From: Narcine bancroftii
Lineage: Eukaryota
Reading direction: 5' to 3'
DNA length: 64,000 nucleotides
Assembly (NCBI RefSeq): GCF_036971445.1
Contig: NC_091475.1
Span: forward strand, 201,624,001 to 201,688,000
How positions within the stretch are numbered: position 1 is the first letter of the stretch; every line of letters starts with the position of its first letter. Below are positions 1 through 12,244 of this stretch, in pieces. The notes under the pieces are model-generated. The model was not told the DNA's origin, did not search any database, and saw only the letters and a list, made by a program, of their open reading frames with translations. A program made the position numbers and the translations under genes.

Positions 1-2814
1 GGGTCCATCACAAAGTAGGCTCATGGTCAAATATCAGAGAGGGTGTGGATGTCTGAGGGTTGGCTGGGTCCAGCGTAGCTGTGGCAGGCATCTGTGTGGG
101 CAGCATCATGTCTACTGTACGTCTGTCCATGGTGGGGGTGGTGGCTGGGTGGGTGTGGTCCGCTGGGAGTGGGACTCTCTGGAGAGGAGGAGGGAGGAGG
201 TCGGCCCCCAGATCCTGGGTGGGCCAAGGGTACCCATGGTGGGGAGGTTGGGCCAGGTAGTCATGATGCTGGGGGGGGGGGGGGGGTGGCCCAAGTCAAG
301 ATGGTGACCTCATGGCCACTGGGGTACCTGAGTAGGCATAGTTCTGGTTGGTGTGGTGGAGGAGCACCTGCTCGACCAGTGGGTTGGACTTGTGGGCCCG
401 CACTTGTTTGTGGAGGAGCACAGATCCCAGAGATGTGAGCAAGCTGGAGTGAGACCACAGTCTCCGATTTCCTGAAGAATGAGAAAAGGCACTTGTGAGG
501 GCTCTGATTAAGAACTGTGCACAAGAGAAACCTAATGGCATGGAGGGCCTCTTGCCAGTAGCTTTTGGATCCACCAGAAGCCACCTCACTTCTGCCTTAA
601 CAAAGGCCCCGTCGGCCATGCAATAGTGCCTGCTCTTGGCAACTATGGGCTTTCAGTCTGGCGTAAAGTAGTTGAAGAGGGCGGGAGGGGTTACCCATAA
701 AGTGGAAAGGGTGCAGGTAGATTGATGGCAGTCACTTGGCTGTGTGCTGTGGAGCTTGAGTGGGGTGAGGGGCCCACCGAAGGCGAGGGGGAGTCTTTGG
801 AGGTGGCACTGGATATCCAGCCCTAAGACAACTAGAGCACAGAACTGGGCATGACCATGAGCCTGAACCCTTGGTATGTTCCCCCCCTCCACCCTACATA
901 CTGTCATTTCCACTGAGCAGCACCCAAGGTCCATTATGGAGTGGTCCTGGGCAGCGAAAGCTATGGAAAAATTTTGAGCTTTAGTGACCAGGTCACATTC
1001 GGCTGCACGAAGCTTTCAGTATTACCACTCTCGAACAGGCATTTTGTTACCTTCCCATTGACAGTGATGTCTATCATTATGTGCCTGATTCCATGAGGAT
1101 TGTCCCTTTTTAAGGTGGTGGATGCGAGGATCATCTCGGGGTCCAAGTCGCTGCTCCCTGATGGATGAGGTGAGTAGTGACCAGTGGCTTCCTTCTGGTT
1201 TGTGAGGTACATCGGGTGGGCGATCTGGTATGCCCCCAAGTTGACCATGTCATCCTATCGATGTGGTGTGCAAGTTGCAGCAAGATGTCGGAGCCCGGTG
1301 GACGCATGTGGTTTCGGTGCGGTCGGACAACCCAATTGGCAGTGAAGTTGGAGGTGACATCATCTGAGCGAGCCAAAGTGACATCTTCATTGTGGTGGGA
1401 AGTCATCCAGAGGAAGATGGCGGTGCCTGGGGTGAGCACACTGCAGCGGTGCGGGTCGGTGACTGGGCTAGAAGTGACATCAGCGGTGAGGGTGGCAGTG
1501 GCAGGCTGAGTAATGGCATCGCCCAGTCCTCGCATGTGACAGCATTTGGGAGGGCTCCAGCTGGTCACAGGGGGCCGCCACACTCCTGACGGACCTGGAA
1601 AGACACAACTTGGCAAACTGGCCTTCTTCCCACATCGAGAGTAATGTGAGTTCCTCGCTGGGCAGCCTTTGTGGGATCACCTGTCTGACCCACACCGGGA
1701 CCTGCAGTACTTATAGGGGCAAGCTGCGATGGTGGCTACAATCGTCTCCTCCATGTAGGGCCCTTCGGCGACGGTAGTCATTTGCATCTTCCAGACCGGA
1801 GGTTGGGGGAGTCAGGCATCGAAAACTTCTGCATGATGAGCTGCAGCCTCTAGGGAGCGGATCACCTCCACTGTCCTGGTAAGTGAGGTCATGTGTTCCT
1901 CCAGCAGCTTCTGTCGGGCCCTCCTTGAGTGCAGCCCTCGCACGCGGTCATCCCGGATCAGTCGCTCCACTTTCCCTTCGGTCACCCTTGTCTCAGTTGG
2001 GCATTTGCCATCTCACCTAGGTGCAGGGACCTGATGCTGAGCAGGTACCAGGGGTGGACCACATTTTTCAGGGGCTTGTACATCGCAGGCTTGTTGTCCA
2101 TGTGTTCCTTGATGGACTGGAAACCTCGTAGGCCCATTTCTGGTTGGTGTTGATCACCTCGCCCTGTGTTAGGATGATCACATCCATCGCGTGTTTCCAG
2201 ATCTCAAAGCATGCCTGGGCATCTGGGTGTTGAGGGGAGTTGATCTCCAGGCTCCCAATGGTCAGAAATTTCTCCATGGTCTCTCTTTAAATTTTACTGG
2301 AATAAATTGTGGTGCACTGAGGTAGAAGCAAGCAAGCACAAATCTCAAAAGAATGCACAACAGGCTTTATTCCAATAAAAGTCTGAACACCACTTCATGC
2401 CTTGGTGACTCCCCATGTGACTGGCTCAGTTGTTGTGGACCATGGGCCAGGTTGAGTCAGCCCCTTAGGTGGTTGTGATAGTACAGATTCTATCACCAAT
2501 GTGTATATGTACAGATGGTAGTGTAGGATGACTGTGATTGGCTGAGAGTGTAGCCACTGGCAGGTCTTAAAGGGTTGCTTCTAGCCAGACCAGGTCATTC
2601 TAGACTGGTCGACCTACTTGTGATATGCTCCAGTCTTCTAGTTAATAAAAGCCTTGGTTTGGATCAACAAGCCTTTGATTCTTTCAAGGCACTCTACAGT
2701 GGTCTATTCAGGTCGGCTAATTGACAACCAGCCAGGTGGAGTCAGCCCCTTAGGTGGTCTTCCTGTAGGTACAGAGATCGCTCCCTGCAGTAGGCTAGTG
2801 GTCCTATCACCACA
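1..2814 (-). mobile_element. Degenerate, internally deleted Ty3/Gypsy LTR retrotransposon (5' LTR, gag, protease, start of RT joined to integrase C-terminus); runs off the left edge
   Basis: 5' LTR 2814-2308 with TGTGGTG...CACCACA ends. gag start MEKFLTIGSLEINSPQHPDA at 2277. Paired zinc-knuckle remnant CG..H.GCPAR...RCGKK near 1700-1610. Protease motif KCLFESGNTESFV near 1050-1005. RT N-terminal remnant (AFVKAEVRWLL) abuts integrase C-terminal WQEALHAIRFLLCT near 575. Contains stops and frameshifts. Confidence 0.85.
2474..2698 (+). mobile_element. Solo LTR of a second family nested inside the Gypsy 5' LTR
   Basis: TGT...ACA termini, internal AATAAA near 2644, perfect 5-bp TSD GTGGT at 2469-2473 and 2699-2703. 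Confidence 0.75.
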
Positions 2815-4040
2815 GAACATGATCAGCAGTATTATGGGCATCAGTCTCCATTCCATTAAGGATATTTACAAGAAGCAATGTCTTAAGAAATCAGCCTCCC
2901 TACTCAAGGACCCCTCCCCCCTCCCACCACCCAAACCATGCTTTTTTTACACTACAACCTTCGGGTAGGAGGTACAGGAGCCTGAAGAAGAACACCAAAA
3001 GGCACAAGGACAGCTTCCTCCCCTCTGCCATCAGACTTCTGAATGGACAATAAACTACTGTACAGACATTCTCACTTTCTCTTATTTTTTAATGAAATTT
3101 CTTTTTCAATCTTTTTATTAACTTTCAGATTAATCAACATAAGAATGATACAAAGTGATCTGGATTGCATTAACAACAGTTAACATGTACAAACAGAGAC
3201 ATCAAGCAACATATGAAAACTGAGCCTCCCAATCTCTTAAAGGCCAAATCCAGGTAGCTAGTGGTTCTCAACCTTTTTCTTTCCATTCACATATAACTTC
3301 AAGTAATCCCTAATGCCATCAGTTCTCTGTGATCAAATTTTATCACAAAAATATCCCCCTAACTAGGAACCCAAGCAAAAAATGTAAACGAAAGCTGGGT
3401 GACCATGTTTCAGTGGGTAATCAATAATTTTTTGGTTATTTCCACTCCTCTACAGTCACACAAAAAAAATTGAAAAGGATTCTGGAAAGATCAATTTACA
3501 TTATACGAAGATATAACCATATAATCATATAACAATTATTTTTGATAAACAGGCCATCTCGGCCCTTCTATTCCGCACCAAAAATGTTGAATAACCTCCT
3601 TGTTTCTTCAAATTTAACCGAAGGGTCAACAGAACCACTTCTAATTTTTTCTAAATTTAAACATGTTATATTTGGGAAAATCAGTGGGTGGTTTAGGGTC
3701 TTTCCATTTGAGCAGAATGGATCTCCTGGCCATATCAACCCTATCTGTGACAGATGTAATTCTGAGGTTACATATTTGGCTTCCCTGACATATTTGTTTT
3801 GATCCCTGAAATAAATATTGCAAAGATAATTTTGATATTATTTCAGCGGTTTTGCTCATTGTCCTATAACCTCATCCTATTTCTGCACTTTTTGGAATAC
3901 CAGCTTTGGACTTTGGCCTACTTAACTGCTTCAGCTGGTCATGTGATTGCATTTCTTATTTTAAATGTAATTTTATAACAATATTTGCACCAACAACAAA
4001 TTTGGCGACACGTTCATCACAATAATACCTGATTCTGAGC
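2815..4040 (+). mobile_element. Rex/Babar-like LINE 3' fragment, interrupted by an L1 insertion at 3101-3953
   Basis: Translation SIKDIYKKQCLKKSASLLKDPS followed by an SGRRYRS-type motif. The 3' tail resumes after 3974 and ends in a CTGATTCTGA-type tail. Confidence 0.6.
3101..3953 (-). mobile_element. 5'-truncated L1-like LINE with an inverted 5' segment (3731-3953 reads on the + strand)
   Basis: Minus strand: MARRSILLKWKDPKPPT...CLNLEKIRSGS, AATAAA and an A-rich tail near 3101-3119. Plus strand: HINPICDRCNSEV...ALFG...VIAF (ORF2 C-terminal cysteine-rich region). Diverged ~20-bp TSD at 3080-3100 and 3954-3973. Confidence 0.7.
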
Positions 4041-4044
4041 CAGA

Positions 4045-4590
4045 CAGAACACTCTCAATTCTTCTCCTGTAAAAAGGTGATCAAGGTAGGGGCCAGTAAG
4101 CCTTGGCCTCTTCAATCTACTTCGGAAGTGTCGGCACTGCTGACCAATGAGGAGGTGTTCTGGGTTCAGGAAAGACACACCAAGGAGCTTTGTCCTCTCC
4201 CACTCTCTCAACGATGTGTCACCTAAATCCATAATTGTCTCTTTTGTCTTGTCCAGGTTGAGACTTAAGTTGTTGGTCTTGCACCATTTGACGAGTTGCC
4301 CATCCTCTTCGCTGGACATGATTCATCATTGTGTATCATCTACAAACACAGTGATTCAGTTAGCACTGAATCTGGCAGTGCAGCCGTGAGTCAGTGATGC
4401 GAACTGCAGCAGACTGCGAACACAGCCCTGAGGTGTGCTCAGCGTGATGGGACTTGAGATTTTTCTCCCAACCCGGACTGAAGTATAGAATCTAGTTATG
4501 GAGAGGATGTTGCGTCCCAGCGGTGATAGTTTATCCACCAACCCCTGGGGTTCGCTTGTGTTGAAATCAATGAACAACAGCCTGGCGTAT
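4045..4590 (-). mobile_element. Rex/Babar-like LINE RT fragment
   Basis: FIDFN, TPQGCV.S.L and WCKTNNLSLNLDKTKE motifs. Confidence 0.7.
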
Positions 4591-4918
4591 GTCTAAATTA
4601 AATCAAATGGAACATTTGAATTTAAGACCCAAAGAATTGCCCTGCACATTGTTCCTGTAGCTGTTTCCAATGACCAGAAAATTATTCTTTTTTTTTAATT
4701 TTAGATGTTTGCAGTGGATTAAGAACAAAACCTCTTTATTAATCTACTTTTGGCTAAAGTTTAAAGACAAAAAAAAATTGCTCTGGCTATGGTATCATCA
4801 GGTATTATTTCAACATGTTTTTTTTTTATATATTCATCTGCCTGCTTTAATTTGTAGCTGTCTCCTGCAAAAACTCATAGCGTATGCATTTTATCGTTCT
4901 ATTTGTAATCCAGGTAGC

Positions 4919-5333
4919 TAGTTACTGTATATACAAAACTTACTGTATATACAAAATCTCATACAGTATTTCATACCTTTTTCTTTCCATTCACATATAA
5001 CTTCAAGTAATCCCTAATGCCATCAGTCCTCTGTGATTAGTAAGGGGTTGCTTAAGGTGGGATGTGAGTGGGAAGGGAAGGCAGAAAATCACTGCTCTGG
5101 GCCCAATCGTTACTGAAATATTTGAGTTGAGAAAAGTTGTTATTGGCCCATTTCCTTTGGCGTTTTGAAACCGTGCACATGACTCAGTGAGGTACGATTA
5201 AAACTGCGGTTTGCAAACTTTTCCTTCCCACTCACATACCACCGGAAGCAATCCCTTACTAATCACAGAGCACTGTGGCACAGGAAATACTTAAAGTGGT
5301 ATGTGAGTGGAAAGAAAAAAGTTGAGAACCATT
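4919..5333. mobile_element. hAT (Charlie-like) composite MITE with a damaged left TIR
   Basis: Same family as 42828-43193. Flanked by CAGGTAGC/CAGGTAGA (8-bp TSD, one mismatch). Confidence 0.75.
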
Positions 5334-6659
5334 CAGGTAGAACAAAAGGACTTGGATCTGCTCCACGCAAATATCTATTGCCTCAAAAATGGATCTTATC
5401 TACTGCAAAAAACTTATCAAAATGAGTAAAATTAAAATTAAAATTAAGCCCCTTTGGGCTAAAGAGGACATCTTGAGCAATTAGAGAATAACTAAGAGTG
5501 TGGTGCATGCCCTCTAATGCTAAAGCAAACTTACTGTATATACAAAATCTCATACAGTATTTCTAAGTTGTGCTGTTCCTGAGCTATGCACAGGACGTGC
5601 ATTGATAATATTTTACTTGGATATTTGTATCCAGTAATGTCATTGAATCTTCAGTAATATAAATGGATTATTGTAAACACAAGTCCATTAGGCTGGAGAC
5701 AAACATCCAAGAGGATTTAGATTCTCAGCAAAAGGACTACAACTTCTATCTGCGTTTATGCTGATATTGATATTCAGTGTTATTATGTTGTATGTGATTT
5801 TCGGTTTGGGTACAGCAAGAACTTGAGTTCAAAGCACAGTAAGATAATGTAAAACGCACGCTTTATTAGTCATGAAATGGTATATGTAGCAAAGGTAAAA
5901 ATACATAATCGACATTTCAGCCTTGAGCCCTTCATCAAAGGTAAATGTTATTTATCATTTGGTTAGTAGCCTAACCTGAAACAGTTTCTATAGTTTCCCG
6001 ACTCCAAGTCTAGGGTGCTTGCATTGAATGGATCAGCCTCAATATTCAGGCAGAACATCTTCCTTCTTGTAACAGCAGAAGGTTGTCTCTAGGGAGACAA
6101 GTCAAACAACCTTTGTAAACTGGGAAACTACTTCCTAATCCTTAGACAACACCACGGGAGTCCACATTGATGTGAAATTTTACCTTTAAAAGCAGACGTC
6201 AAGAGTTCGTAATTGAAGAGCATGTTGACCAACAATATGGTGCAGTGATTGGCCAACTATAGGCCCTTTCTCATGAACAAAATGAAGCATGCTTTGCATT
6301 TAATTAGATGTCATGTGACGATATAAGATCATCTGCTTCTATCGGAGGAGAGATTGGCAGCATTTTAGACAACAGTGAAGAACCTCATTCCACTTCATAA
6401 AGATCCCATTGGTCTCATGTATATCAAGTTAAGGTATCGGTTATGTTACCAGCCTATTGATTCAGAGACATGAGTTCAAATGCAGGGGAACTTAATTAAT
6501 TAAATAATTCTGAAAGGCAAGAAGCAAAGATGAAAAAAATAAACAGAACACCGAAATGCTATATATTTTATTTAAACATCAGTGGTAATAGAGTATCCTG
6601 TGACTGGGAGAATAAACAACTGCTCTTAGCAAATTAACCTTTGCAGCTATTTAAAAAAA

Positions 6660-6895
6660 AATTAATTACAATTAAGACATACTGTACCGTAACAGGCCCT
6701 TCTGTTCCATGAGCCTGTGCCACCCAACCTATAACCCCCGTATGTTTTAAAGGGGGAGGGGAGGAAACCGGAGCACCCGGAGGAAACTGATGCAGGCAAT
6801 GGGGAGCATGTACAAACTCCTTACGGACAGTGGTGGATTCGAACCTGGATGGCCAGCGCTGTAATAGTGTTGCGCTAACTGCTATGCTAACCGTT
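6660..6895 (-). mobile_element. tRNA-derived V-SINE (HE1-like)
   Basis: Reverse complement of the 43962-44190 family: GGTTCGAATCC B-box and conserved core. Confidence 0.75.
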
Positions 6896-7636
6896 CCTCC
6901 CTCACCACCCCCCCCCTCCACCCCTGATGCTACGCTAATTGTTCTGCCCCATGCACATATATGGCATGAAGCCTGTGGAAACATTACAGTGTGATCAGGA
7001 GTACCATAGCTGAAATCCTACCAACAAATGAAGGCCTTGTTGCTGTTATTTGTTTGCCAAAGGTACATTTTAAGGTCTTTGGACAGACTACATCTTGGGA
7101 CTAGATAAGGAGGAGAAGTCAGTAAACATATGTACATTCTCGGGGAGCCAGGACCAGCAGAATAATTGTACAATGTTCAGAATGCTGCCATAACTGAGGG
7201 ATGTTCAGTTCATAGGTGGAGTGATAGCAGATGTAACTCACTTTAAATAGACTCCTGATGGCCAAGGCCACTGTTGAAGAGTGAAGGGAGAATTTTATTG
7301 ATTGAAATAGCCCTGAGGCTTTGAAAATCCTTTAAAATCTTCACATTTCAACAAAGCTAAAGTATAAATCACTAAATCACGTCTTAATGGAGCTGGACTA
7401 GCATTCCTGTCCATGAGCAAATGGAAATTGTAGCATGTGATCAATTAAGGACATGGAATCTGTTCCAAAATAAGTTTATGTGAGACACATCCACTTTCGT
7501 TTTGGAAACTTCCAGGGTAAGATATTCATAGTATTTTGGAACCAGAAGACACCACAGAGCTCAGAAACAGGCTCTTCGGCCCATCTATCCATGCCACTAT
7601 ATTTCTGCCTAATCCCATCGAATGCACGTGGTCCTC

Positions 7637-7887
7637 TGTGGTGATACGACCACCAGCCTACTGCAGGGGGCGATCTCTGTACCTGCAGGAAGACCACCTA
7701 AGGGGCTGTCTCCACCTGGCCGGCTGTCGATCAGCCGACCTGAATATAGACCTGAACTGGGCCCTCCTGAGCCAGTCACACGGGAGCCACTGAAGCATGA
7801 ACTGGTGTTCAGACTTTTATCTAAATAAAGCCTGTTGTACAGTCTTTCAAGTTTTGTCCTTGCTTGCTGTTACCTCAGCGCACCACA
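7637..7887 (+). mobile_element. Solo LTR, same family as the 2308-2814 Gypsy LTR
   Basis: Perfect 7-bp terminal inverted repeat TGTGGTG...CACCACA, AATAAAGCC polyA signal, clear similarity to the reverse complement of 2308-2814. TSD is degenerate. Confidence 0.8.
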
Positions 7888-7889
7888 CC

Positions 7890-8320
7890 CTTCATCTCTG
7901 TACCTATCCAATTTTTTCTTAAATTGAATGCTCATCCATCACTTCCACTGACAGCTCATTCCACACTCTCATCACCTACTGAGTGAAGTTCCCCTTAAGT
8001 ATTTCACCTTTCACTCTTAACCCATATCCTCTCTTTCTTGACTCACTCAATTTTGGTGGAAATAGCCTACTTTCAATTAAAACATCTGTACCCTTCTCAC
8101 AAAACTCCTTTCATTTGCAAACATTCCATGGAATATAGTCCTTACCTATTCAACCTTTCCCTATAACTCAGCATTTCAAGTCCCAGCAACTTCCTTGTCA
8201 ATTTTCTCTGACTGATATCTTTCCTGTAGTTAAGTGACCAAAAATCCACACAGCATTCCTAATTTGGCTTCTCTAATGTCTTGCACAACTTCAACATAAC
8301 ATCCCAACCCCTGTACTCGA
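7890..8320 (-). mobile_element. CR1-like LINE 3' fragment (continues near 9240-9350)
   Basis: Degenerate match to the younger CR1 copy at 47703-48468. Confidence 0.6.
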
Positions 8321-8454
8321 TAGTAAAAACACAATGCTGGAGAAAGTTAATAGGTCAAACAGTGTCCTTTATGTAGCCTGCTGGCGTTTTCCCATACCTT
8401 GATGAAGGACTCAAGCCCAAAACATCGGTTATGTATTTTTATCTTTGCTCTATA

Positions 8455-9176
8455 AAGGCAAATAGTGCCTTTGGAAGACTACACAAAAGAGTCTGGAAAA
8501 ACAACCAACTGAAAAACCTCACAAAGATTAGCATGTACAGAGCGTTGTCATACTCACGTTCCTGTTCAGCTCCGAATCATGGGTCCTCTACCGGCATCAC
8601 CTACGGCTCCTAGAACGCTTCCACCAGCGTTGTCTCCGCTCCATCCTCAACATTCATTGGAGCGACTTCGTCACCAACATCGAAGTACTCGAGCTGGCAG
8701 AGGCCGACAGCATCGAATCCACGCTGCTGAAGACCCAACTGCGCTGGGTGGGTCACGTCTACAGAATGGAGGACCATCGCCTTCCCAAGATCATGTTCTA
8801 TGGCGAGATCTCCACTGGCCACCGTGACAGAGGTGCACCAAAGAAGAGGTGCAAGGACTGCCTAAAGAAATCTCTTGGTGCCTGCCCCATTGACCACCGC
8901 CAATGGGCTGATCTCGCCTCCAACCGTGCATCTTGGCGCCTCACAGTTCGGTGGGCAGCAACCTCCTTTGAAGAAGACCGCAGAGCCCACCTCACTGACA
9001 AAAGACAAAGGAGGAAAAACCCAACGCCCAACCCCAACCCACCAATTTTTCCTTGCAACCGCTGCAACCGTGTCTGCCTGTCCCGCATCAGACTTGTCAG
9101 CCATCAACGAGCCTGCAGCTGACGTGGACATTACCCCTCCATAAATCTTCGTCCGCAAAGCCAAGCCCAAGAAGAG
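8455..9176 (+). mobile_element. RTE-clade LINE, 5'-truncated 3' end
   Basis: KANSAFGRLHKRVW...LRWVGHVYRMEDHRLPK...CNRCNRVCLSRIRLVSHQRACS stop, followed by a short AAG-type tail. Inserted within a Penelope-like terminal repeat fragment. Confidence 0.85.
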
Positions 9177-9683
9177 GACACTGTTTGACCTGTTGAGTTT
9201 TCACTTCAACCACGGAGTCTGCAGACTTTTTCTTTTTACCTCTGTACTCAATACTTTGATTCATGAAAGGCCAATGTGCTCAAAAGCTCTCTTTACATCC
9301 CTGTCTACCTGTGACACCACTTTTTAAGGAATTATATCTGTATTCCCAGACTTTAAGTTGGATAGCAATTAGATCAATGCACAAACATGCCAGAGAAGCT
9401 CCGTAGGTCAAGCAACATCCATAGGAAGTAAAGGGTAACCAACGATTTGGGCCTGGGCTCTTTGACATAGCTGGAAGTTGCCTACCCTTTACTTCCCATG
9501 GATGTGTGTCCTGCTGAGATTCTCCAGCGCGTGCATGCATTGCAATCAGCCCCAGCATCTGCCGACTTTCTTAATTAACCAGCTATTAGTTCAAACCAGG
9601 TCATGCTCGGGAAAATAAAACTGAAAGAGAGTGAAATTTCAAATCTGAGTTAGATACACAGTCAAAAAAGTGGTGTTTTTGAT

Positions 9684-9905
9684 TTAATTTAATTTAGAAA
9701 TGTAGCACAGTAGCAGGCCCTTCCAGCACACAAGCCCTTGCAGCCCCAATACTCCCATGTGAACAACTGGTCGACTAACCTGTACGTTTTTGTAATATGG
9801 GAGGAAACCTGGGCACCCGGGGAAAACCCCATGCAGACAAGGGGAGAAACTCCATACTCCAAACTCCAAACTCCGAACTTGAACCCAAGTCGCTGACACT
9901 GTAAC
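9684..9905 (-). mobile_element. V-SINE (HE1-like)
   Basis: Conserved SINE core GGAGGAAACC...CCCATGCAGACA and a CR1-like tail. Confidence 0.7.
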
Positions 9906-10647
9906 CCCTAATGGAAATCAGAACAGGAAACCAGTGGTTAAATGTGACGTAAAGTGAAAGACCAGAGGATATTTATTTGATAAGCAACATTATTCGAGAA
10001 TTAGTTCATTGTGCTTTTTTTGAGAAATATTTTTATTTGAACAATAACTGTGAACAATTATCATTCAAATGCCTTGATGTACAAAAACTGTATCTGTTTA
10101 ATAATAAATAATTTGCAACTTTTCATGGTGTTTTGGGGAAACCGTGAAAGTGACCTCTCGTGGCTAGAGGAATAAACTACATCTCTGAGCAACTTGGGAG
10201 GTCTGTGTTCATTCATGAGACTCATAGCTTCTGAGAAGTACCACCCCCATTTTGAACATCCTTCACGGAAAGAAATTTATTGTGTTCTGGTGTACATGAG
10301 ATATGTTAGTCCAATTACGTAGGAATCTTTTGAGAGTGCACCCAGACAATTTTATCTCCTTTCCTGAAAACATAACATTATTGTCATAGAGTGAATACAA
10401 AGAAAATTCACCAGATTGTGTCCAGGGATTCTGGGTCTTTTATTATGAGGGGAATAGACAAGGTGGACAGGCGAATGGATGAAAATTTAGGGGAGATGGC
10501 AGAGGTAAGCTTTTGTACACAGAGGGTGACAGATGCCTCGAATGCATTGCTGGGGTGGTAGTGGAGGCTGGTAGTGAAGACAGACAGAATAGAAAGAAAA
10601 ATAGAGGATTGTGTATGAGGTAGGGAAAAATTAGTTTTTATTTTTTT

Positions 10648-10850
10648 ACATTTAGAGATATAGCATGGTAACAGCCCCTTCTAGCCCACGCCATCCAATT
10701 AGGTTACAAACCTCATGCATTTTTCGAACGCGGGAGGAAATTGGAGCATCTGGAGGGAATCCGTGCAAACACAGGAAGATCGTTCATACCTCTCACAAAC
10801 ATAGCTGGATTTGAACCCGGGTCACTAGCCTTGTACTACACTACGTTAAC
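10648..10850 (-). mobile_element. V-SINE (HE1-like), degenerate
   Basis: Core and B-box similar to the other copies. Confidence 0.6.
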
Positions 10851-11890
10851 TGAGCCAAGTGGATTTAAATTGTTTTGCACAACATTGTGGGCTGAAGGGC
10901 CTCTACTGTGCTGCAATGTTTGATGTTTCCATGTATTCTTACGTGAGGAATGATGGAGTAGACTAGGCCTGTATTTTCTAGACTAGAAGGACTAGAGATG
11001 ATCTCAATAGGGTGAATACAAGGAGGATGAGTGAGAGGGCATTTCTCATTGAATAAAGTTCTTCGCTTAGAGCTGGGCGAATCTTTGGAATTATGTTCCA
11101 AATTAATATAATTGACACCTAACTCCCCATGAAGACAAGTTCTCAGACTTAAAGGCAATTAAAGATGGACAGTAAATACCTGGTTTTTCAAAATGAGAGG
11201 GCAGGCAGGGCCTGAAACTCGTCATCTGAAAAGTGAAATTGTAACAGCACTGAACTCCTTCATTACTTCATTGTGGTATTTAGCCTGGAGTTTGAGTTCC
11301 TGTCCCTGTGGTTGAGTGTAAAAGCATAATGTGTTGGACACATCTATATCTCTCTGCTTGTGTAGGTGCATGATAGGATAAAGCTGATAACTTCATATGT
11401 GGATAAAGGCTAGGGGATCAACTCCAGACGGAAGAATTGGATTGAAAAGGTAGGGGCATGGAGATGCCTCTCTTGAACACTCTGTCTTATTTCAGCGCAT
11501 CTCCAGCCAGCCACAGCACAAAACCCACCACGTGGAGCAGCTTCTTTCCTTTTGTTCCCTAGGCATGTCCCTGAGCTCCACTCTGGGTTGCGGGTCATGG
11601 GTGATGCGGGAAAGACTGACTGTGAGGGATCGATCCAGGTTGTGGACCGTGGACGATGCTGGAGAACTAGTTAAAGGCATATGCATCTGCAGGGTGGGGG
11701 CTATTTGTGGCATGCACCCAGGGGAGACAATCACCCATTGTAGATTGTAACCAGATTTTTTGTACCTTTTAGTTACCAGGTTAAACGTGCCTATTAGCTT
11801 GCGACGAGTGGTAAGTACCGTTTGTTTCATCCTCCTGTTTAGCTGTGAGAACTGCTATTGGCAGCGATCTGTCGGGAGTTGCAAGTATTT

Positions 11891-12020
11891 NNNNNNNNNN
11901 NNNNNNNNNNNNNNNNNNNNNNNNNNNNNNNNNNNNNNNNNNNNNNNNNNNNNNNNNNNNNNNNNNNNNNNNNNNNNNNNNNNNNNNNNNNNNNNNNNNN
12001 NNNNNNNNNNNNNNNNNNNN
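11891..12020. other. Assembly gap (130 N)
   Basis: Run of N. Confidence 0.99.
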
Positions 12021-12244
12021 GTGTAAATAAAGATCACTGTTTGTTAATTAAATATGTCCAGGACTTGTTATTTCAACCTTCTGAACTTATTCTCCACATA
12101 AAAGCTCTCCTATCAGAGAGCTTCTCTTCTTAGCTTTCTGCCCTCTTTCTCATCACTTCCCAGTTTCTTCCATGTCTACCCTCCCACCTATATCTACCTA
12201 TATTGCCTTTACTTAGCCTGTGCTCCACCCCCTTCTTTCCACCT

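Noticed and set aside
11760-12133. ORFs spanning N runs (also 22570-22869)
   Set aside because: Assembly gap artefacts.
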